The notes under the pieces: generated by a model
Told to the model about the DNA's origin: nothing
The model's database searches: none
The model's input: only the letters and a program-made list of their open reading frames with translations
Assembly: GCA_965206595.1 (NCBI GenBank)
Contig: OZ242214.1
Span: 5,568,001-5,632,000 of the forward strand
DNA: 64,000 nucleotides
Reading direction: 5' to 3'
Source of the DNA: Candidatus Latescibacterota bacterium
GTDB lineage: Bacteria; Latescibacterota; UBA2968; UBA8231
Shown here: positions 1 to 11,373 of the stretch, in pieces
Layout: each line of letters opens with the position of its first letter
Position numbering within the stretch: position 1 is the stretch's first letter
Translations under genes and position numbers: made by a program

Positions 1-626
1 ACGTCGAGACGTCGCTGATGAGCCTGGCGCAGAAATCGAGAGCCGTAGGTATCCACATCATCCTGGCGACCCAGCGCCCCTCGGTAAACGTGATCACCGG
101 AGTCATCAAGGCGAACTTCCCGTCGCGCATCGGCTTCCAGGTGGCATCGAAAACCGACTCGCGCACCATTCTCGACATGAACGGCGCCGAGCGTCTGCTG
201 GGAAGGGGGGACATGCTCTTCCTGCCCGGGGGACAGGGGGAACCGATACGGATTCACGGCGCCTTCATTTCCGGGGAGGAGACCGAGCGGCTGGTCGCCT
301 CGATCCAGTCCTGCCAGTACGAGGCGGAGGAAGTCGCGATCTTCTTCGGCCGTTCCGATTTCGAGGCCGAAGCCGACGACCGGGACGAGCTGTTCGACGA
401 GGCGGTGCGCACCGTCATCGTGCACCAGCAGGCCTCGACCTCCTTTTTGCAGCGGCGCATGAAAATCGGATACTCACGGGCAGCCCGCCTGATGGACGAG
501 CTGGAGGCCGCAGGCATAGTCGGGGCCGCCTCGGGAGCCAGGCCGCGCCAGATTCTGGTCGAGGACCAGGGGCCGAGCGTCGCCGAAGCGGCCGCCGCCC
601 TGGACGAAGAGGAGGCGGCAGGATAG
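1..626 (+). CDS. ftsK: DNA translocase FtsK, C-terminal part (5' truncated by window)
   Basis: RAVGIHIILATQRPS, GAERLLGRGDML and gamma domain ASTSFLQRRMKIGYSRAARLMD. Confidence 0.95.
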   Translation, partial: VETSLMSLAQKSRAVGIHIILATQRPSVNVITGVIKANFPSRIGFQVASKTDSRTILDMNGAERLLGRGDMLFLPGGQGEPIRIHGAFISGEETERLVASIQSCQYEAEEVAIFFGRSDFEAEADDRDELFDEAVRTVIVHQQASTSFLQRRMKIGYSRAARLMDELEAAGIVGAASGARPRQILVEDQGPSVAEAAAALDEEEAAG

Positions 627-634
627 CCGCGGCC

Positions 635-1300
635 ATGTTCCTTCCTGCGCTGCTGGCCGGCCTTCTGGCGCTGTCCGCCGCCGTTCCGGCCGCCGCCGTT
701 ACCGGGGCGGAAGTCATCGAGCGCATGCAGGAGCGGCTGGCGAAATCGAAGAGTTTCTCCGCCCGCTTCGAGAAACGCTTCTACTGGGCGGTTCTCGACA
801 AGAGGCTCACCCAGAGCGGCCGCATCTACACGCGCAAGCCGGGGAAGTTCCGCGTCGAGGTGGGTGAGGACGTCGTCGTCGCCGACGGGCGCTCGATCTG
901 GGCCTACACCGAGCAGAACAAACAGGTGATCGTCAGCGATTACGCCGCCGACCTGCAGACGCCGTGGAAGATTCTCGTCGACTACACCGAGAGCTTCGCT
1001 CCGGTTTCGATCTCGGAGACCGAGGTTTCGGGGCGCTCCTGCTACGCCGTCGTGCTGCAGCCGCTGCGCCAGGGGGCCGCGGGGGAAGGCGGGAGCATCC
1101 AAAGGATGGAAGTCTGGGTGGATAAAAGGCGGTGGCAGCTGCTGCAGATCGAGCAGCTCGAGGAGAACGGCGACCTGCGCAGCTACGTCCTTGAGGACCA
1201 CAAGACCAACAAGAAGCTCGACGACGACCTGTTTCTCTTCGAGACCCCACCCGGTGTCGACGTGGTGGATCGCCGAACCCCCGGGACAGCGGCACCCTGA
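635..1300 (+). CDS. lolA: Outer membrane lipoprotein carrier LolA
   Basis: Signal peptide; SGRIYTRKPGKFR...VVADGRSIWAY motif; conserved position after ftsK. Confidence 0.85.
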   Translation: MFLPALLAGLLALSAAVPAAAVTGAEVIERMQERLAKSKSFSARFEKRFYWAVLDKRLTQSGRIYTRKPGKFRVEVGEDVVVADGRSIWAYTEQNKQVIVSDYAADLQTPWKILVDYTESFAPVSISETEVSGRSCYAVVLQPLRQGAAGEGGSIQRMEVWVDKRRWQLLQIEQLEENGDLRSYVLEDHKTNKKLDDDLFLFETPPGVDVVDRRTPGTAAP

Positions 1301-1551
1301 CCGGGTGTCCTGTCCCAACAGACGCCATTCATCCTTCGATCCATTGAGGGCAAATCGCGGTTCACGCCATGTACTCTTCGTGGGATTCCTTCCCTCTATC
1401 CCTGGCGGCGTTGCCTTTGCTCGCCGTACACCAACGCTCTCCTGACCCAGGCGCCTTGCGAGCCGGGCGCCGCGGCGGCGGAATTCCGGTAACCTGTTTC
1501 CCGGGCCGGAAACCAGGTCCTGCGGCAGGGCCGCACGGACCGGCGAGCGGA

Positions 1552-3231
1552 ATGCACCTTCTCCTCAACGCCCGGCGGTCGCTGCTCCTCTTCTTGACGG
1601 CCCTGCTGGTGCCGCCGGTGGCGGTCTATGGCGATTCCGTCCCGCCCGTCGAAAGCGTATGGGTGTTCCTGCGCGACAAGCCCGCGGGCGACCGGCGTCT
1701 CGAGTGGCCCCGCCCGGAGGCGCTGTTGTCCTCGGCGCGGCTCGATCTCGACGTCGACGGCGAGTACATCGACGCCATTCGGGCGACCGGCGCGGCCATC
1801 CGCACCTGCTCGCGCTGGTTCAACGCCGTCAGCGTCGACGCCACCCCGGAACAGATGGAGCGCCTCGTCGCCCTTCCCTTCATGCGCGAAACAGCACCGG
1901 TGCGCCGAGCGGGGCGTGACCTGCTGCCCGGGCAGGGTGCGCCCCGGGCCTCGGCCAAAGCCGCCGCAAACGGGTACGGCCCGGGATTCGAGCAGCTCTC
2001 CAGCATCGGGGTCGTGGCCCTGCACAACCAGGGATTCACCGGAGAGGGGATCCGCATAGCCCTGCTCGACGCCGGCTTCCCCAACCGCGATCACAGGGCT
2101 TTCGCGCATCTCGACGTCGTTGCCGAACGCGATTTCGTCAACGGTGCTGCCGGGGAGACGGGCCCTTTCCCGCCCGGGAGAAATCACGGTACGCAGGTGC
2201 TATCGGTGCTGGCCGCCCGGGATCCGGGGCACCTGGTCGGCGCCGCCCCCGACGCCCGCTACCTGCTGGCGACGACGGAGGAAATCGAGCGGGAGCTGCC
2301 CCTTGAGGAGGACCTCTGGGTCGCCGGGGTCGAGTGGGCGGACAGCCTCGGCGCCGACGTCGTCAACTCCTCGGTGGGGTACAACCAGTTCGAGGACGGC
2401 ACCGGGTACAGTTACGAAGAGCTCGACGGCCGTACCGCCTTGGCCACGATCGCGGCCGAGATCGCCGTCTCCCGGGGCATCGTCGTCGTCGCCGCGGCCG
2501 GCAACGAGGGGAACAAGCCCTGGCGCTACGTCACCGTGCCCGCGGACGGGCCTAACGTGATCGCCGTCGGCGCCGTCGGCCTCGTGCAGAAGGAGATCGC
2601 CCCTTTCAGCTCCAGGGGCCCGACCGCGGACGGCCGCATCAAGCCGGACGTCGTCGCTCCCGGCATCAGCATCGTCGTCGTCGATACTTCGCAGCCGGAG
2701 CCGGAGGAATCCTTCAGTGGCTACCGGCGCGCTCGCGGGACCTCCTTCGCCACACCCCTGGTCAGCGGAGCGGCCGCCCTCCTCAGGCAGATCCATCCGG
2801 CCTGGACGCCTGCCGATGTCGCCGCGGCGCTCAAGGGAACCGCACTCGACCTGGGGGTGAGCGGCCCCGACACCACCTACGGCTGGGGAATGGTGAACGC
2901 CCTGGCGGCCAGCGGAGTCGAAATCGAGCTGCCGCGGCGCAGCCTCGCCCTCGCCCCGTTTCCCAACCCCCTGCGCTTCGGAAGGGCGCCTGAGGCGACA
3001 TTGTTCTTTCCGCTCGAGCTCGCTTCGGCTGACGAAGTCGAAATCAGCATTTTCACCGCTGCGGGACAGCTCGTCGGCGTTGCGAGCCAACGCCTGGAAG
3101 CGGGCCGCTTCACCCGCAAGGAGCAGGCCCTGCGCTGGCGCGCACCTGCGCATCTGGCGAGTGGAATCTATCTTTACAGGCTGCAGGGAGGAGGGGTGTT
3201 GCAGAGGGGGAAGATCGCCCTGATCAGGTAG
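1552..3231 (+). CDS. Secreted subtilisin-like S8 serine peptidase with FlgD/T9SS-like C-terminal domain
   Basis: Catalytic motifs LDAG, NHGT, AAGNEG, GTSFATP; C-terminal PFPNP...SGIYLYRL; start chosen at ATG 1552 before a signal peptide. Confidence 0.88.
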   Translation: MHLLLNARRSLLLFLTALLVPPVAVYGDSVPPVESVWVFLRDKPAGDRRLEWPRPEALLSSARLDLDVDGEYIDAIRATGAAIRTCSRWFNAVSVDATPEQMERLVALPFMRETAPVRRAGRDLLPGQGAPRASAKAAANGYGPGFEQLSSIGVVALHNQGFTGEGIRIALLDAGFPNRDHRAFAHLDVVAERDFVNGAAGETGPFPPGRNHGTQVLSVLAARDPGHLVGAAPDARYLLATTEEIERELPLEEDLWVAGVEWADSLGADVVNSSVGYNQFEDGTGYSYEELDGRTALATIAAEIAVSRGIVVVAAAGNEGNKPWRYVTVPADGPNVIAVGAVGLVQKEIAPFSSRGPTADGRIKPDVVAPGISIVVVDTSQPEPEESFSGYRRARGTSFATPLVSGAAALLRQIHPAWTPADVAAALKGTALDLGVSGPDTTYGWGMVNALAASGVEIELPRRSLALAPFPNPLRFGRAPEATLFFPLELASADEVEISIFTAAGQLVGVASQRLEAGRFTRKEQALRWRAPAHLASGIYLYRLQGGGVLQRGKIALIR

Positions 3232-3250
3232 CGCGCGCATGAGAACAGAC

Positions 3251-3745
3251 ATGACCAAGGAGAGCCGGAACACCGTCCGGCGCTCGCGGTTCCGAACCCT
3301 CAACCGTGTCGTGCTGATGTCGTGCGCCGTCTTCCTGCCCCTCTACCTGGCGATTCGCCTCACGGGTGGATCCGTGCACAAGCTCGAGCTGCTGCCCGAC
3401 CTGCTGGGGCGGGTGAAGAACCCGATCGTGTTGGAGGTTTTACCCGACGGAGTTCGCTACCTCCACTATTTCCAGGGGGAGCCGCAAGAGGGCCACAAAT
3501 TCGTCCTTGTGACCTTCCGCATGGAAGCGAGAATGAAAATCGGGTATGCGATCGTGCCGCGCTGTTTCAGACTTTCGGACAACGCCGGTACCCTGCATTA
3601 CCCGCTGTCGAGATCGCCCGTTTTCATCGAACGGGGGAACGAGTTCCGCCTGGATCAGGACGACGCCATCGAGGGGGAGCTGTTGTTCGAAATCCCGCGC
3701 GACCGCGACTCCGAGAGGCTCCTGTACGACCGCTACCAGGAATAG
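3251..3745 (+). CDS. Membrane-anchored hypothetical protein (DUF4352-like)
   Basis: N-terminal TM helix; PQEGHKFVLV...EGELLFEIP pattern. Confidence 0.55.
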   Translation: MTKESRNTVRRSRFRTLNRVVLMSCAVFLPLYLAIRLTGGSVHKLELLPDLLGRVKNPIVLEVLPDGVRYLHYFQGEPQEGHKFVLVTFRMEARMKIGYAIVPRCFRLSDNAGTLHYPLSRSPVFIERGNEFRLDQDDAIEGELLFEIPRDRDSERLLYDRYQE

Positions 3746-3881
3746 GCGGCCTGCCGTGGCGTCCGAGTCCCGGGGCGCGCTGGCCGTACCCGATTAAAAG
3801 AATTTTCACTCCGAGGGGAACCGCCCGCCAGGACCGGCTTTCCGGTTACGGGTTTTCCCCCATTCACACGGGAGAAGCGAC

Positions 3882-4989
3882 ATGTCTGGATTGGAGGAAA
3901 TCCTGACTGAGAGCAGGAAACGGATGGAACGGCTGCGGGGGTATCTTTGACTTTGACAACAAGAAAAAACAGCTCGTCGTAATCGAAGCGGAGATGTCTC
4001 GCGGCGACTTCTGGAGCGACAGAAAGAAGGCCGAGGCCATCACCAGGCAGTCGCGCGATCTCGAAGATCGGCTCAAGCCGTGGGAGGAGCTTGACCGGCA
4101 GCTGAGCGACCTCTCCGAGCTGCACGAGCTGGCCGCGGGCGAAGGGGACGGCGAGGCCCTGGCGGAATTCGAGCAGGAGGGGGAAGCCCTGCTGGTCCGG
4201 CTCGAGAACCTCGAGCTGCGCAACATGCTCGACGACCCGGACGATTCCAAGGACGCCATCGTCGTCGTGCACTCGGGGGCCGGGGGCACCGAGGCCTCGG
4301 ACTGGGCGGAGATGCTGATGCGGATGTACAACCGGTGGATCGAGCGCAGCGGCTTCCGCAGCCAGATCATGGACCTGCAGCCGGCGGAGGAGGCCGGCAT
4401 CAAGGGGGCGACCCTCGAGGTCACAGGCAAAAACGCCTACGGGTACCTCAAGGCGGAGGCGGGCGTGCACCGTCTCGTGCGCATTTCCCCGTTCGACGCC
4501 AACAAGCGCCGGCACACCTCGTTCGCGTCGATCTTCGTCTATCCCGAGGTGGACGAGATCCCCAACGTCGAGTTCAAGGAGGACGAGCTCCAGTACGAGA
4601 CCTTCAGGGCGGGGGGAGCCGGCGGCCAGCACGTAAACAAGACCTCCTCCGCGGTGCGGCTCACCCACCTCCCGACCGGGATCTCCGTCCAGTGCCAGAA
4701 CGAGCGCTCGCAGTTCAAGAACAAGGCGACCGCCCTGAAGGTGCTGACGGCGCGGGTCTACCAGCACTTCAAGGAGGAGGAGGCGAGGAAACAGGAAGCG
4801 GTCGAGAGCACCAAGAAGAGCATCGAGTTCGGCAGCCAGATCCGCAGCTACGTCCTCCACCCCTACAACCTCGTCAAGGACCACCGCACCGGACATGAAA
4901 CCGGCAACGTGCAGGCGGTGATGGACGGCCAGCTCGACGATTTCATCAGGGCGTTTTTGATGGAAAAATCTCGCTTGGGTTCAAATTGA
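3882..4989 (+). CDS. prfB: Peptide chain release factor 2, translated via programmed +1 frameshift
   Basis: ATG 3882 reads MSGLEEILTESRKRMERLRGYL then CTT TGA C; +1 frame joins the 3994 ORF carrying SPF and GGQ motifs. Confidence 0.96.
3936..3951 (+). promoter_or_regulatory. RF2 autoregulatory +1 frameshift site (GGGGG-TAT-CTT-TGA-C)
   Basis: Internal SD-like G run followed by the canonical CTTTGAC at 3945-3951. Confidence 0.95.
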
Positions 4990-5085
4990 CAAATCTTCGA
5001 AAATCCGATTTGGAAGGCGCGCGGTTTTTCCCGTCAAACCTGGCGCAGTCGTGGGAATCGTGATCGCCCTGGACGCAGGTACCGG

Positions 5086-6336
5086 ATGTCGTACGAGTTC
5101 TTCATAGCGAAGCGCTACCTCCAGTCCAAGCAGCACACCGGGTTCATATCGGTGGTCGCCTTCATCGCCGTGGGCGGCGTCATCCTCGGGGTGGCCGCCC
5201 TCGTCATCATGCTCTCGGTCACCAACGGTTTCTCCGGGGAGGTCCGAAACCGGCTGATCGGGATGAACGCGCATGTGTCCATTCACCGCTTCTACGGAGA
5301 GCCCATTCCCGCATTCGAGGAGGTGATCGAACGCGCCTCGGCCGAGGCAGGGGTGGTCGCCGCGGCCCCGGTTGTCGAGGGCAAGGTGGTGGTCGCCGGG
5401 GACCACAAGGAGATGGACGGGCTCTTCGTCTGGGGGGTCGATCCGGAGAGCTTCGCCCGTGTCTCCGACCTCACCGAGCATCTGTACGACAGCCGCGGCG
5501 AGTTGCGTCTCGGCGTTCTGCCGGGAAACAAGCACCCCGGCATCGTCCTGGGACGCCACCTCGCGGCGCGCCTGCGGGTGGGGATCGGCGACCAGGTGCT
5601 GCTGATGACGGTCAAGGGAATGGAGCGGGACGACCTGCTGCGCGGCATCACGCCGCGCCTCGACCCCTTCGTGGTGACCGACCTGTTCGAGAGCGGCATG
5701 TACCACTACGACGACAACTTCGGGTTCATCTCCCTCGACGAGGCGCGGCGCATCCTCGATCTCGGTGAAGCGGTGACCAACGTGCACCTGCGCGTCGCCG
5801 ATCTCGACGAAGCGAGCGGGGTTCGCAGCCGCCTCGAACGGGAGCTCGGCTACCCCTACCGGCTGACGGACTGGACGCAGCGCTTTCCCGAGCTTTTCGA
5901 GTGGATGGAGCTCGAGAAGTGGGTGATCTTCATCGCCCTCAGCCTGATCATCGTCGTTGCCGCTTTCAACATCATGTCGATTCTCAGCATGTCGATTCTG
6001 ATAAAGACCCCGGAGATCGGAATCCTCCGCGCCATGGGAGCGAGGGCCGGGGGCATTCGCCGCATCTTCGTCTTCCAGGGCGCCGTCATTGGCGGCTTCG
6101 GCACCGCGCTCGGATGCCTGTGCGGCTTCGCCGTCTGCTGGGTGCAGGCGCGCTTCGAGATTATCTCCATCCCGAGCGACATTTACATCATCAGCTCGCT
6201 TCCGGTCGACATGCAGTGGTCCGACTTCGTCGTGGTGTCGGCGGTCAGCCTCGGCATCTGCCTGCTGGCCTCCGCGTTCCCGGCTCGCCGGGCGGCATCC
6301 CTGCAGCCGGTCGACGCCATTCGCCATATCGCCTGA
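5086..6336 (+). CDS. lolE: Lipoprotein-releasing ABC permease LolC/E
   Basis: FIAKRYL...GVAALVIMLSVTNGF; C-terminal PARRAASLQPVDAIR. Confidence 0.9.
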   Translation: MSYEFFIAKRYLQSKQHTGFISVVAFIAVGGVILGVAALVIMLSVTNGFSGEVRNRLIGMNAHVSIHRFYGEPIPAFEEVIERASAEAGVVAAAPVVEGKVVVAGDHKEMDGLFVWGVDPESFARVSDLTEHLYDSRGELRLGVLPGNKHPGIVLGRHLAARLRVGIGDQVLLMTVKGMERDDLLRGITPRLDPFVVTDLFESGMYHYDDNFGFISLDEARRILDLGEAVTNVHLRVADLDEASGVRSRLERELGYPYRLTDWTQRFPELFEWMELEKWVIFIALSLIIVVAAFNIMSILSMSILIKTPEIGILRAMGARAGGIRRIFVFQGAVIGGFGTALGCLCGFAVCWVQARFEIISIPSDIYIISSLPVDMQWSDFVVVSAVSLGICLLASAFPARRAASLQPVDAIRHIA

Positions 6337-6340
6337 AGCC

Positions 6341-7033
6341 ATGGACGTTTCCGCCAGAGAGGTAGCCCTGTGCGCTCGCGGCATCCGCAAGAACTTCGTT
6401 TCCGGCGGCGGCGAGCTGCAGGTGCTGAAGGAGATCGATCTCGAGGTTGCGCGCGGAGAGATGCTGGCGATCACGGGAGCCTCCGGCGTCGGCAAGAGCA
6501 CTCTGCTCCACATCCTCGGAACGCTGGACTGGCCCACAGCGGGAGAGCTGGAGATCGAGTCCGTCGACGTCCTGCGACTCGGCGACCGGGAGCTGTCCGA
6601 CTTCCGCAACCGCAACATCGGGTTCGTGTTCCAGTTCCACAATCTGCTGCCCGAGTTCACCGCCCTCGAGAACGTGATGCTGCCCGCGATGATCGCCGTT
6701 AAGCCGGAACCGGGGGCGCGGGACCGCGCCGTCGCCCTGCTCGGTCAGGTAGGGCTCGAGCAGCGACTGCACCACCGGCCGGGAGAGCTGTCCGGCGGCG
6801 AATGCCAGCGGGTTGCCGTCGCCCGCGCGCTGATCCGCACGCCCTCGGTAGTGCTGGCCGACGAGCCGTCGGGAAATCTCGACACGGCCGCGAGCGAAAC
6901 CCTGCACGGGATGATGAGAGAACTGGCTCGCGCCGAGCGCCAGACCTTCGTGGTCATGACCCACGACCAGCGCCTTGCCGGCGCCCTGGACCGCCGAGGC
7001 TGCATCGAGGGCGGGATCCTCCATCTGAACTGA
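6341..7033 (+). CDS. lolD: Lipoprotein-releasing ABC ATPase LolD
   Basis: GASGVGKSTLLH, FQFHNLLPEFTALENV, LSGGECQR, DEPSGNLD; follows lolC/E. Confidence 0.9.
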   Translation: MDVSAREVALCARGIRKNFVSGGGELQVLKEIDLEVARGEMLAITGASGVGKSTLLHILGTLDWPTAGELEIESVDVLRLGDRELSDFRNRNIGFVFQFHNLLPEFTALENVMLPAMIAVKPEPGARDRAVALLGQVGLEQRLHHRPGELSGGECQRVAVARALIRTPSVVLADEPSGNLDTAASETLHGMMRELARAERQTFVVMTHDQRLAGALDRRGCIEGGILHLN

Positions 7034-7050
7034 TCCCGGGAAGCGAGATC

Positions 7051-7629
7051 GTGAACCCTGTCTGTGAATCCTGCAAGGAGCGCGAGGCGACGATTCTGTT
7101 CAGGCATATTCGCGGCAACGAGAAACGCACCCTCCGTCTGTGCTCTTGGTGCGTTTCGCAGAGGGCCCGGGAGTCCGAGGGAGAGTCCCCGGCACCTGCA
7201 GCCTCCGGCGCCGAGGGGCCGGAGACTCCGCCGAAGAAGCCGGCGGCCAAACAGATCAACGTGGTCGTCGGCCACTTGTCGCTGTCGGAGCCGGCCGAGC
7301 AGGTGGAATGCAGCGAGTGCGGAATGACCTACAAGGAGTTCCGCAAGGTCGGCCGCCTCGGGTGCAGCCGCTGCTACTCGGCTTTTTCCGCACAGCTCGA
7401 GCGCCTGTTCAAGCGCATCCACGGTGCCGCGCGCCACGAGGGGAAAGGGCCGCGGCCCTCCTCCCCCGAGTTCGGGGATGAATGGCAGAAGCTGAGAGAG
7501 GCATTGCGCAAAGCGGTCGCCGAGGAGGCGTACGAGAAGGCGGCCGCCATCAGGGACCGGATCGCCCAGCTGGAGGCGTCGGGAGGAACGGGGGCCTCGG
7601 GTGGGGATGCCGGCAGGTCGGAACCGTGA
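7051..7629 (+). CDS. mcsA: McsA, activator of protein-arginine kinase
   Basis: Four CxxC motifs (CESC, CSWC, CSEC, CSRC), GRLGCSRCY, C-terminal UVR domain; GTG start. Confidence 0.9.
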   Translation: MNPVCESCKEREATILFRHIRGNEKRTLRLCSWCVSQRARESEGESPAPAASGAEGPETPPKKPAAKQINVVVGHLSLSEPAEQVECSECGMTYKEFRKVGRLGCSRCYSAFSAQLERLFKRIHGAARHEGKGPRPSSPEFGDEWQKLREALRKAVAEEAYEKAAAIRDRIAQLEASGGTGASGGDAGRSEP

Positions 7630-8693
7630 ACTTCGACGCGCTCATCCAGTCGATGCCGGTCTGGCAGAGCGGCGCCGGCGACGAGGACGGAATCGTCGTC
7701 AGCTGCCGGGCCAGGCTGGCCCGCAATCTCGCCGGTTTCCCCTTCGAGACGAAGATCACCGATGCGGGGCGTGACGGGGTGATCGAGAAGGTCCTGGCGG
7801 CTGCCAAGAACTGCCCGCAGATGGACGGTTCCACCTTCTACGACATGAGCGCCCTCGACGGCAACGAGCGCAGAGTGCTGGTGGAAAGGCACCTGATAAG
7901 CCCGGCCCTCGCCGGCGGCAAGGGGCAGCGGGGGGTTCTGTTCAACACCGAGGAATCGCTCAGTGTCATGATGAACGAGGAAGATCACCTGCGCTTGCAG
8001 GCGATCTTCCCCGGGCTCGACGCGACCGGCGCCTGGTCCGCGGCGAACACTCTCGACGACGAGCTCTGCCGCGTGCTCGAGTACGTCTATTCGCCGGAGC
8101 TCGGCTTCCTCACCGCCTGCCCCACGAATACGGGGACGGGACTTCGCATGTCAGTGCTGGTTCACCTTCCCGGACTGGTGCTGACCGAGGACATGGAGAA
8201 GGTGGTCCAGGGACTTAACCAGTTGTCCTTCGCGGTCCGGGGAGTGTACGGGGAAGGCAGCAATCCCGCCGGCAACCTGTTCCAGCTCTCCAACCAGTCG
8301 ACGCTGGGCCCGGGGGAGGGGAAGATCGTCGAGGTGCTGCTGCGGCTGGCCGGGCAGGTGGTCGAGTTCGAACGCAACGCCCAGAAAACGCTGCTCCACG
8401 AAGCACGCTCCCGGATCGAGGACAAGGTGTGGCGGGCATACGGTTTGCTGTCGCAGGCACGGGTGCTGAGCAGCCAGGAGTTCATGAACCTGCTGTCCGC
8501 GGTGCGGCTCGGCTACAGCACCGGCCTGATCCGAAAGGTGACGCCGAGGTTTCTGAATCAACTGATGGTGGTCACCCAGCCCTCCCACCTGCAGGCGGCT
8601 GCTGGAAGGGCCCTGGAGCCGGAAGAGAGGGATGTTCGGCGCGCCGAAATGGTCCGTCAAAAACTGTCGGAATCCGCAGCCGAACAGCCGTAG
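7626..8693 (+). CDS. mcsB: Protein-arginine kinase McsB
   Basis: RLARNL, NEEDHLRLQ, LTACPTNTGTGLRMSV; GTG start overlaps mcsA stop. Confidence 0.93.
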   Translation: MNFDALIQSMPVWQSGAGDEDGIVVSCRARLARNLAGFPFETKITDAGRDGVIEKVLAAAKNCPQMDGSTFYDMSALDGNERRVLVERHLISPALAGGKGQRGVLFNTEESLSVMMNEEDHLRLQAIFPGLDATGAWSAANTLDDELCRVLEYVYSPELGFLTACPTNTGTGLRMSVLVHLPGLVLTEDMEKVVQGLNQLSFAVRGVYGEGSNPAGNLFQLSNQSTLGPGEGKIVEVLLRLAGQVVEFERNAQKTLLHEARSRIEDKVWRAYGLLSQARVLSSQEFMNLLSAVRLGYSTGLIRKVTPRFLNQLMVVTQPSHLQAAAGRALEPEERDVRRAEMVRQKLSESAAEQP

Positions 8694-8711
8694 AGAGGGG
8701 AGCAACCCTGC

Positions 8712-8740
8712 TTGACAGGCAAATGTGGGAAGGCTAGGTT
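8712..8740 (+). promoter_or_regulatory. Putative sigma70 promoter for clpC
   Basis: TTGACA-17 nt-TAGGTT; SD TAGGAGG at 8761-8767. Confidence 0.6.
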
Positions 8741-8773
8741 CGGAAAACAACGAAAGGGCGTAGGAGGTTGTAA

Positions 8774-11245
8774 ATGAATAACATGTTTACAGATGGCGTA
8801 AAAAGGGTGATGCAGTATGCCCGCGAAGAATCGGCGCGGCTGGGACACAATTACATAGGTACCGAACACCTGCTTCTGGGCATCATCAAGGAAGGCAAGG
8901 GCAAGGCGGTAACGGTTCTCGCCAACCTCGGGTTGAACCTCGATACGGTAAAGCAGTCTGTAGAGGATTACGTCGCCACCTCAGGCGGCACGATGACGAT
9001 CGGCGAGGTGCCCTTTACCCCCAGGGCCAAACAGATACTCGAAGTGGCCGCCAACGAGGCGAAGGAGATGAAGACGCAGTTCGTCGACATCGAGCATCTC
9101 CTGCTTGCGCTCCTGAAAGACAAGGAGGGGGTGGCGGCCCAGATACTCGCGGCCTTCGGAGTGGACTTCAAGACCGCCATGGAAGAGACCGTTGCGGTGC
9201 TCGAAGGCAAGTCCAGCAGCCAGAAAGAGAAGGGGAAGAAGAGCAAGACCCCCTTCCTCGACCACTTCGGCCGCGACCTGACGCAGCTCGCCCGGGAGGG
9301 CAAGCTCGACCCCGTCATCGGCCGCGAAAAGGAGATCGAGCGCGTCACCCAGATCCTCAGCCGCCGCAAGAAGAACAACCCCATTCTCATCGGCGACCCC
9401 GGGGTCGGCAAGACCGCCATCGTCGAGGGCCTGGCCCAGCGCATCGTCGAAAAGCGGGTTCCCCAGATTCTGCTCGACAAGCGCCTGGTCACCCTCGATA
9501 TGGGCGGCGTCGTCGCCGGGACCAAGTACCGGGGCCAGTTCGAGGAGCGCATCAAGGCGGTGCTCAACGAGCTGCATCAGAATCACGACGTGGTGATCTT
9601 CATCGACGAGCTGCACACCATAGTCGGCGCCGGCAGCGCCGAGGGCACGCTCGATGCCTCCAACATGTTCAAACCCGCCCTGTCCCGGGGAGAGCTGCAG
9701 TGCATCGGGGCCACCACTCTCGATGAGTACCGCAAGTACATCGAGAAGGACGGCGCCCTCGAACGTCGCTTTCAGAGCATCATGGTCGATCCCCCGTCCA
9801 TGGAGGACACCGTGGAGATCGTCAAGGGATTGCGGTCGAACTACGAAGCCCACCATCACGTCAAGTTCTCCGACGACGTCATCGCCTTCGCCGTTCGTCA
9901 GGCCGACCGCTACATATCGGACCGCTACCTGCCGGACAAGGCGATCGATGTCATCGACGAGACAGGGTCGCGGGTGCACCTTGCCCGGCTCAGTCCTCCC
10001 GAGGAGATCGGCAAGCTCGAAGCGGAGATCCAGGAAATCGAGCGCAGCAAGCTGGAGTGTTCCGAGAAGCAGGAGTTCGAGGAGGCTGCGCGCCTCCGCG
10101 ACGAAGCCCACCGCCTTCGCGAATCTCTGCAGCAGAAACGGCGGGCCTGGGAAGAGGAGGTGAGAAGCGAGGTCGTCGAGGTCAGCGAAGACGATATCGC
10201 CGAAGTGGTTTCCAGCGTCTCAGGAGTCCCGATCCAGAGGCTGGCGGCAAGCGAGAGCGAGCGGCTTCTGGCCATGGAGGACGAGCTCAGGAAGGTGGTG
10301 GTGGGGCAGGAGCAGGCGATCGCCACGATCTCGAAGGCGATCCGCAGAAGTCGCGCCGGCCTTCAGGATCCCAAGCGCCCCATCGGTTCGTTCATTTTTC
10401 TGGGTCCCACGGGGGTGGGCAAGACCTATCTGGCCGCCAAGCTCGCCGAGTTCCTGTTCGGCGACGAAGAGGCCCTGATCGCCGTCGACATGTCCGAGTA
10501 CATGGAGAAGTTCTCGGTGTCGAGGCTGATCGGCGCGCCTCCCGGCTACGTCGGGTTCGACGAGGGGGGACAGCTGACCGAGCGTGTGCGGCGGCGCCCG
10601 TATTCGGTGGTGCTGCTCGACGAGATCGAGAAGGCCCATCCGGACGTCTTCAACATCCTCCTGCAGATCCTCGACGAGGGGCGCCTGACCGACAGCACGG
10701 GTCGCAGGGTGGATTTCCGCAACACCGTGATGATCATGACCTCCAACGTCGGCAGTCGCGAAGTCGGCAGCGGCGGCGTGCTGGGCTTCCAGAAGGCGGA
10801 TGCGGACAGCTACCAGCAGGTGATGGAAAACAAGATTACCGACGCGATGAAGAAGACCTTCAACCCGGAGTTCCTGAATCGCATCGACGACGCCGTCGTT
10901 TTCCACGCCCTGCGCAAGGAGGACATCGCCGCCATCGTCGACATCACCCTCGGTGAGTTCAAGGAGCGCCTGGGGCATCGCGGCATCGCGGTGAGGATCA
11001 CCCCGGGGGCCAAGAACCTGATCGCCGAAAAAGGGTTCGATCTGGCATTCGGCGCACGTTACCTCAAGCGCACTGTCCAGAAGCTGCTCGAGGACCCGCT
11101 TGCGGAGGAGATCCTCCAGGGCCGCTTCAGCGAGGGTAGCCGAATCAGGGTCACCAAGAAGGGTGAGGAGCTCGTATTCGACGACGAACGGGAAAACGCC
11201 GAGGTCGTCGAACCGGGGAGCAGGTCCGCTGGCAAAGAGGGGTAG
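8774..11245 (+). CDS. clpC: ATP-dependent Clp protease ATPase ClpC
   Basis: Clp N-domain, two AAA modules ([16 protein letters not shown]), UVR middle domain, VLGF ClpP-binding loop. Confidence 0.95.
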   Translation: MNNMFTDGVKRVMQYAREESARLGHNYIGTEHLLLGIIKEGKGKAVTVLANLGLNLDTVKQSVEDYVATSGGTMTIGEVPFTPRAKQILEVAANEAKEMKTQFVDIEHLLLALLKDKEGVAAQILAAFGVDFKTAMEETVAVLEGKSSSQKEKGKKSKTPFLDHFGRDLTQLAREGKLDPVIGREKEIERVTQILSRRKKNNPILIGDPGVGKTAIVEGLAQRIVEKRVPQILLDKRLVTLDMGGVVAGTKYRGQFEERIKAVLNELHQNHDVVIFIDELHTIVGAGSAEGTLDASNMFKPALSRGELQCIGATTLDEYRKYIEKDGALERRFQSIMVDPPSMEDTVEIVKGLRSNYEAHHHVKFSDDVIAFAVRQADRYISDRYLPDKAIDVIDETGSRVHLARLSPPEEIGKLEAEIQEIERSKLECSEKQEFEEAARLRDEAHRLRESLQQKRRAWEEEVRSEVVEVSEDDIAEVVSSVSGVPIQRLAASESERLLAMEDELRKVVVGQEQAIATISKAIRRSRAGLQDPKRPIGSFIFLGPTGVGKTYLAAKLAEFLFGDEEALIAVDMSEYMEKFSVSRLIGAPPGYVGFDEGGQLTERVRRRPYSVVLLDEIEKAHPDVFNILLQILDEGRLTDSTGRRVDFRNTVMIMTSNVGSREVGSGGVLGFQKADADSYQQVMENKITDAMKKTFNPEFLNRIDDAVVFHALRKEDIAAIVDITLGEFKERLGHRGIAVRITPGAKNLIAEKGFDLAFGARYLKRTVQKLLEDPLAEEILQGRFSEGSRIRVTKKGEELVFDDERENAEVVEPGSRSAGKEG

Positions 11246-11373
11246 CAGTAAAAGACCGCACTGTTGACGGCCGCGCTGCGGCTTGCGCCATTCGATAAGC
11301 CGTTTTGTCCAGAGGCGAACATCCTGGATAGAACGGCTTTTTGGATTCCGGCGCTCTTTCTTCGGAGGGTTCC

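Noticed and set aside
4975-5000. GTTCAAATTGACAAA as a CtsR box
   Set aside because: It does not match the GGTCAAA-NAN-GGTCAAA direct repeat and overlaps the prfB stop.
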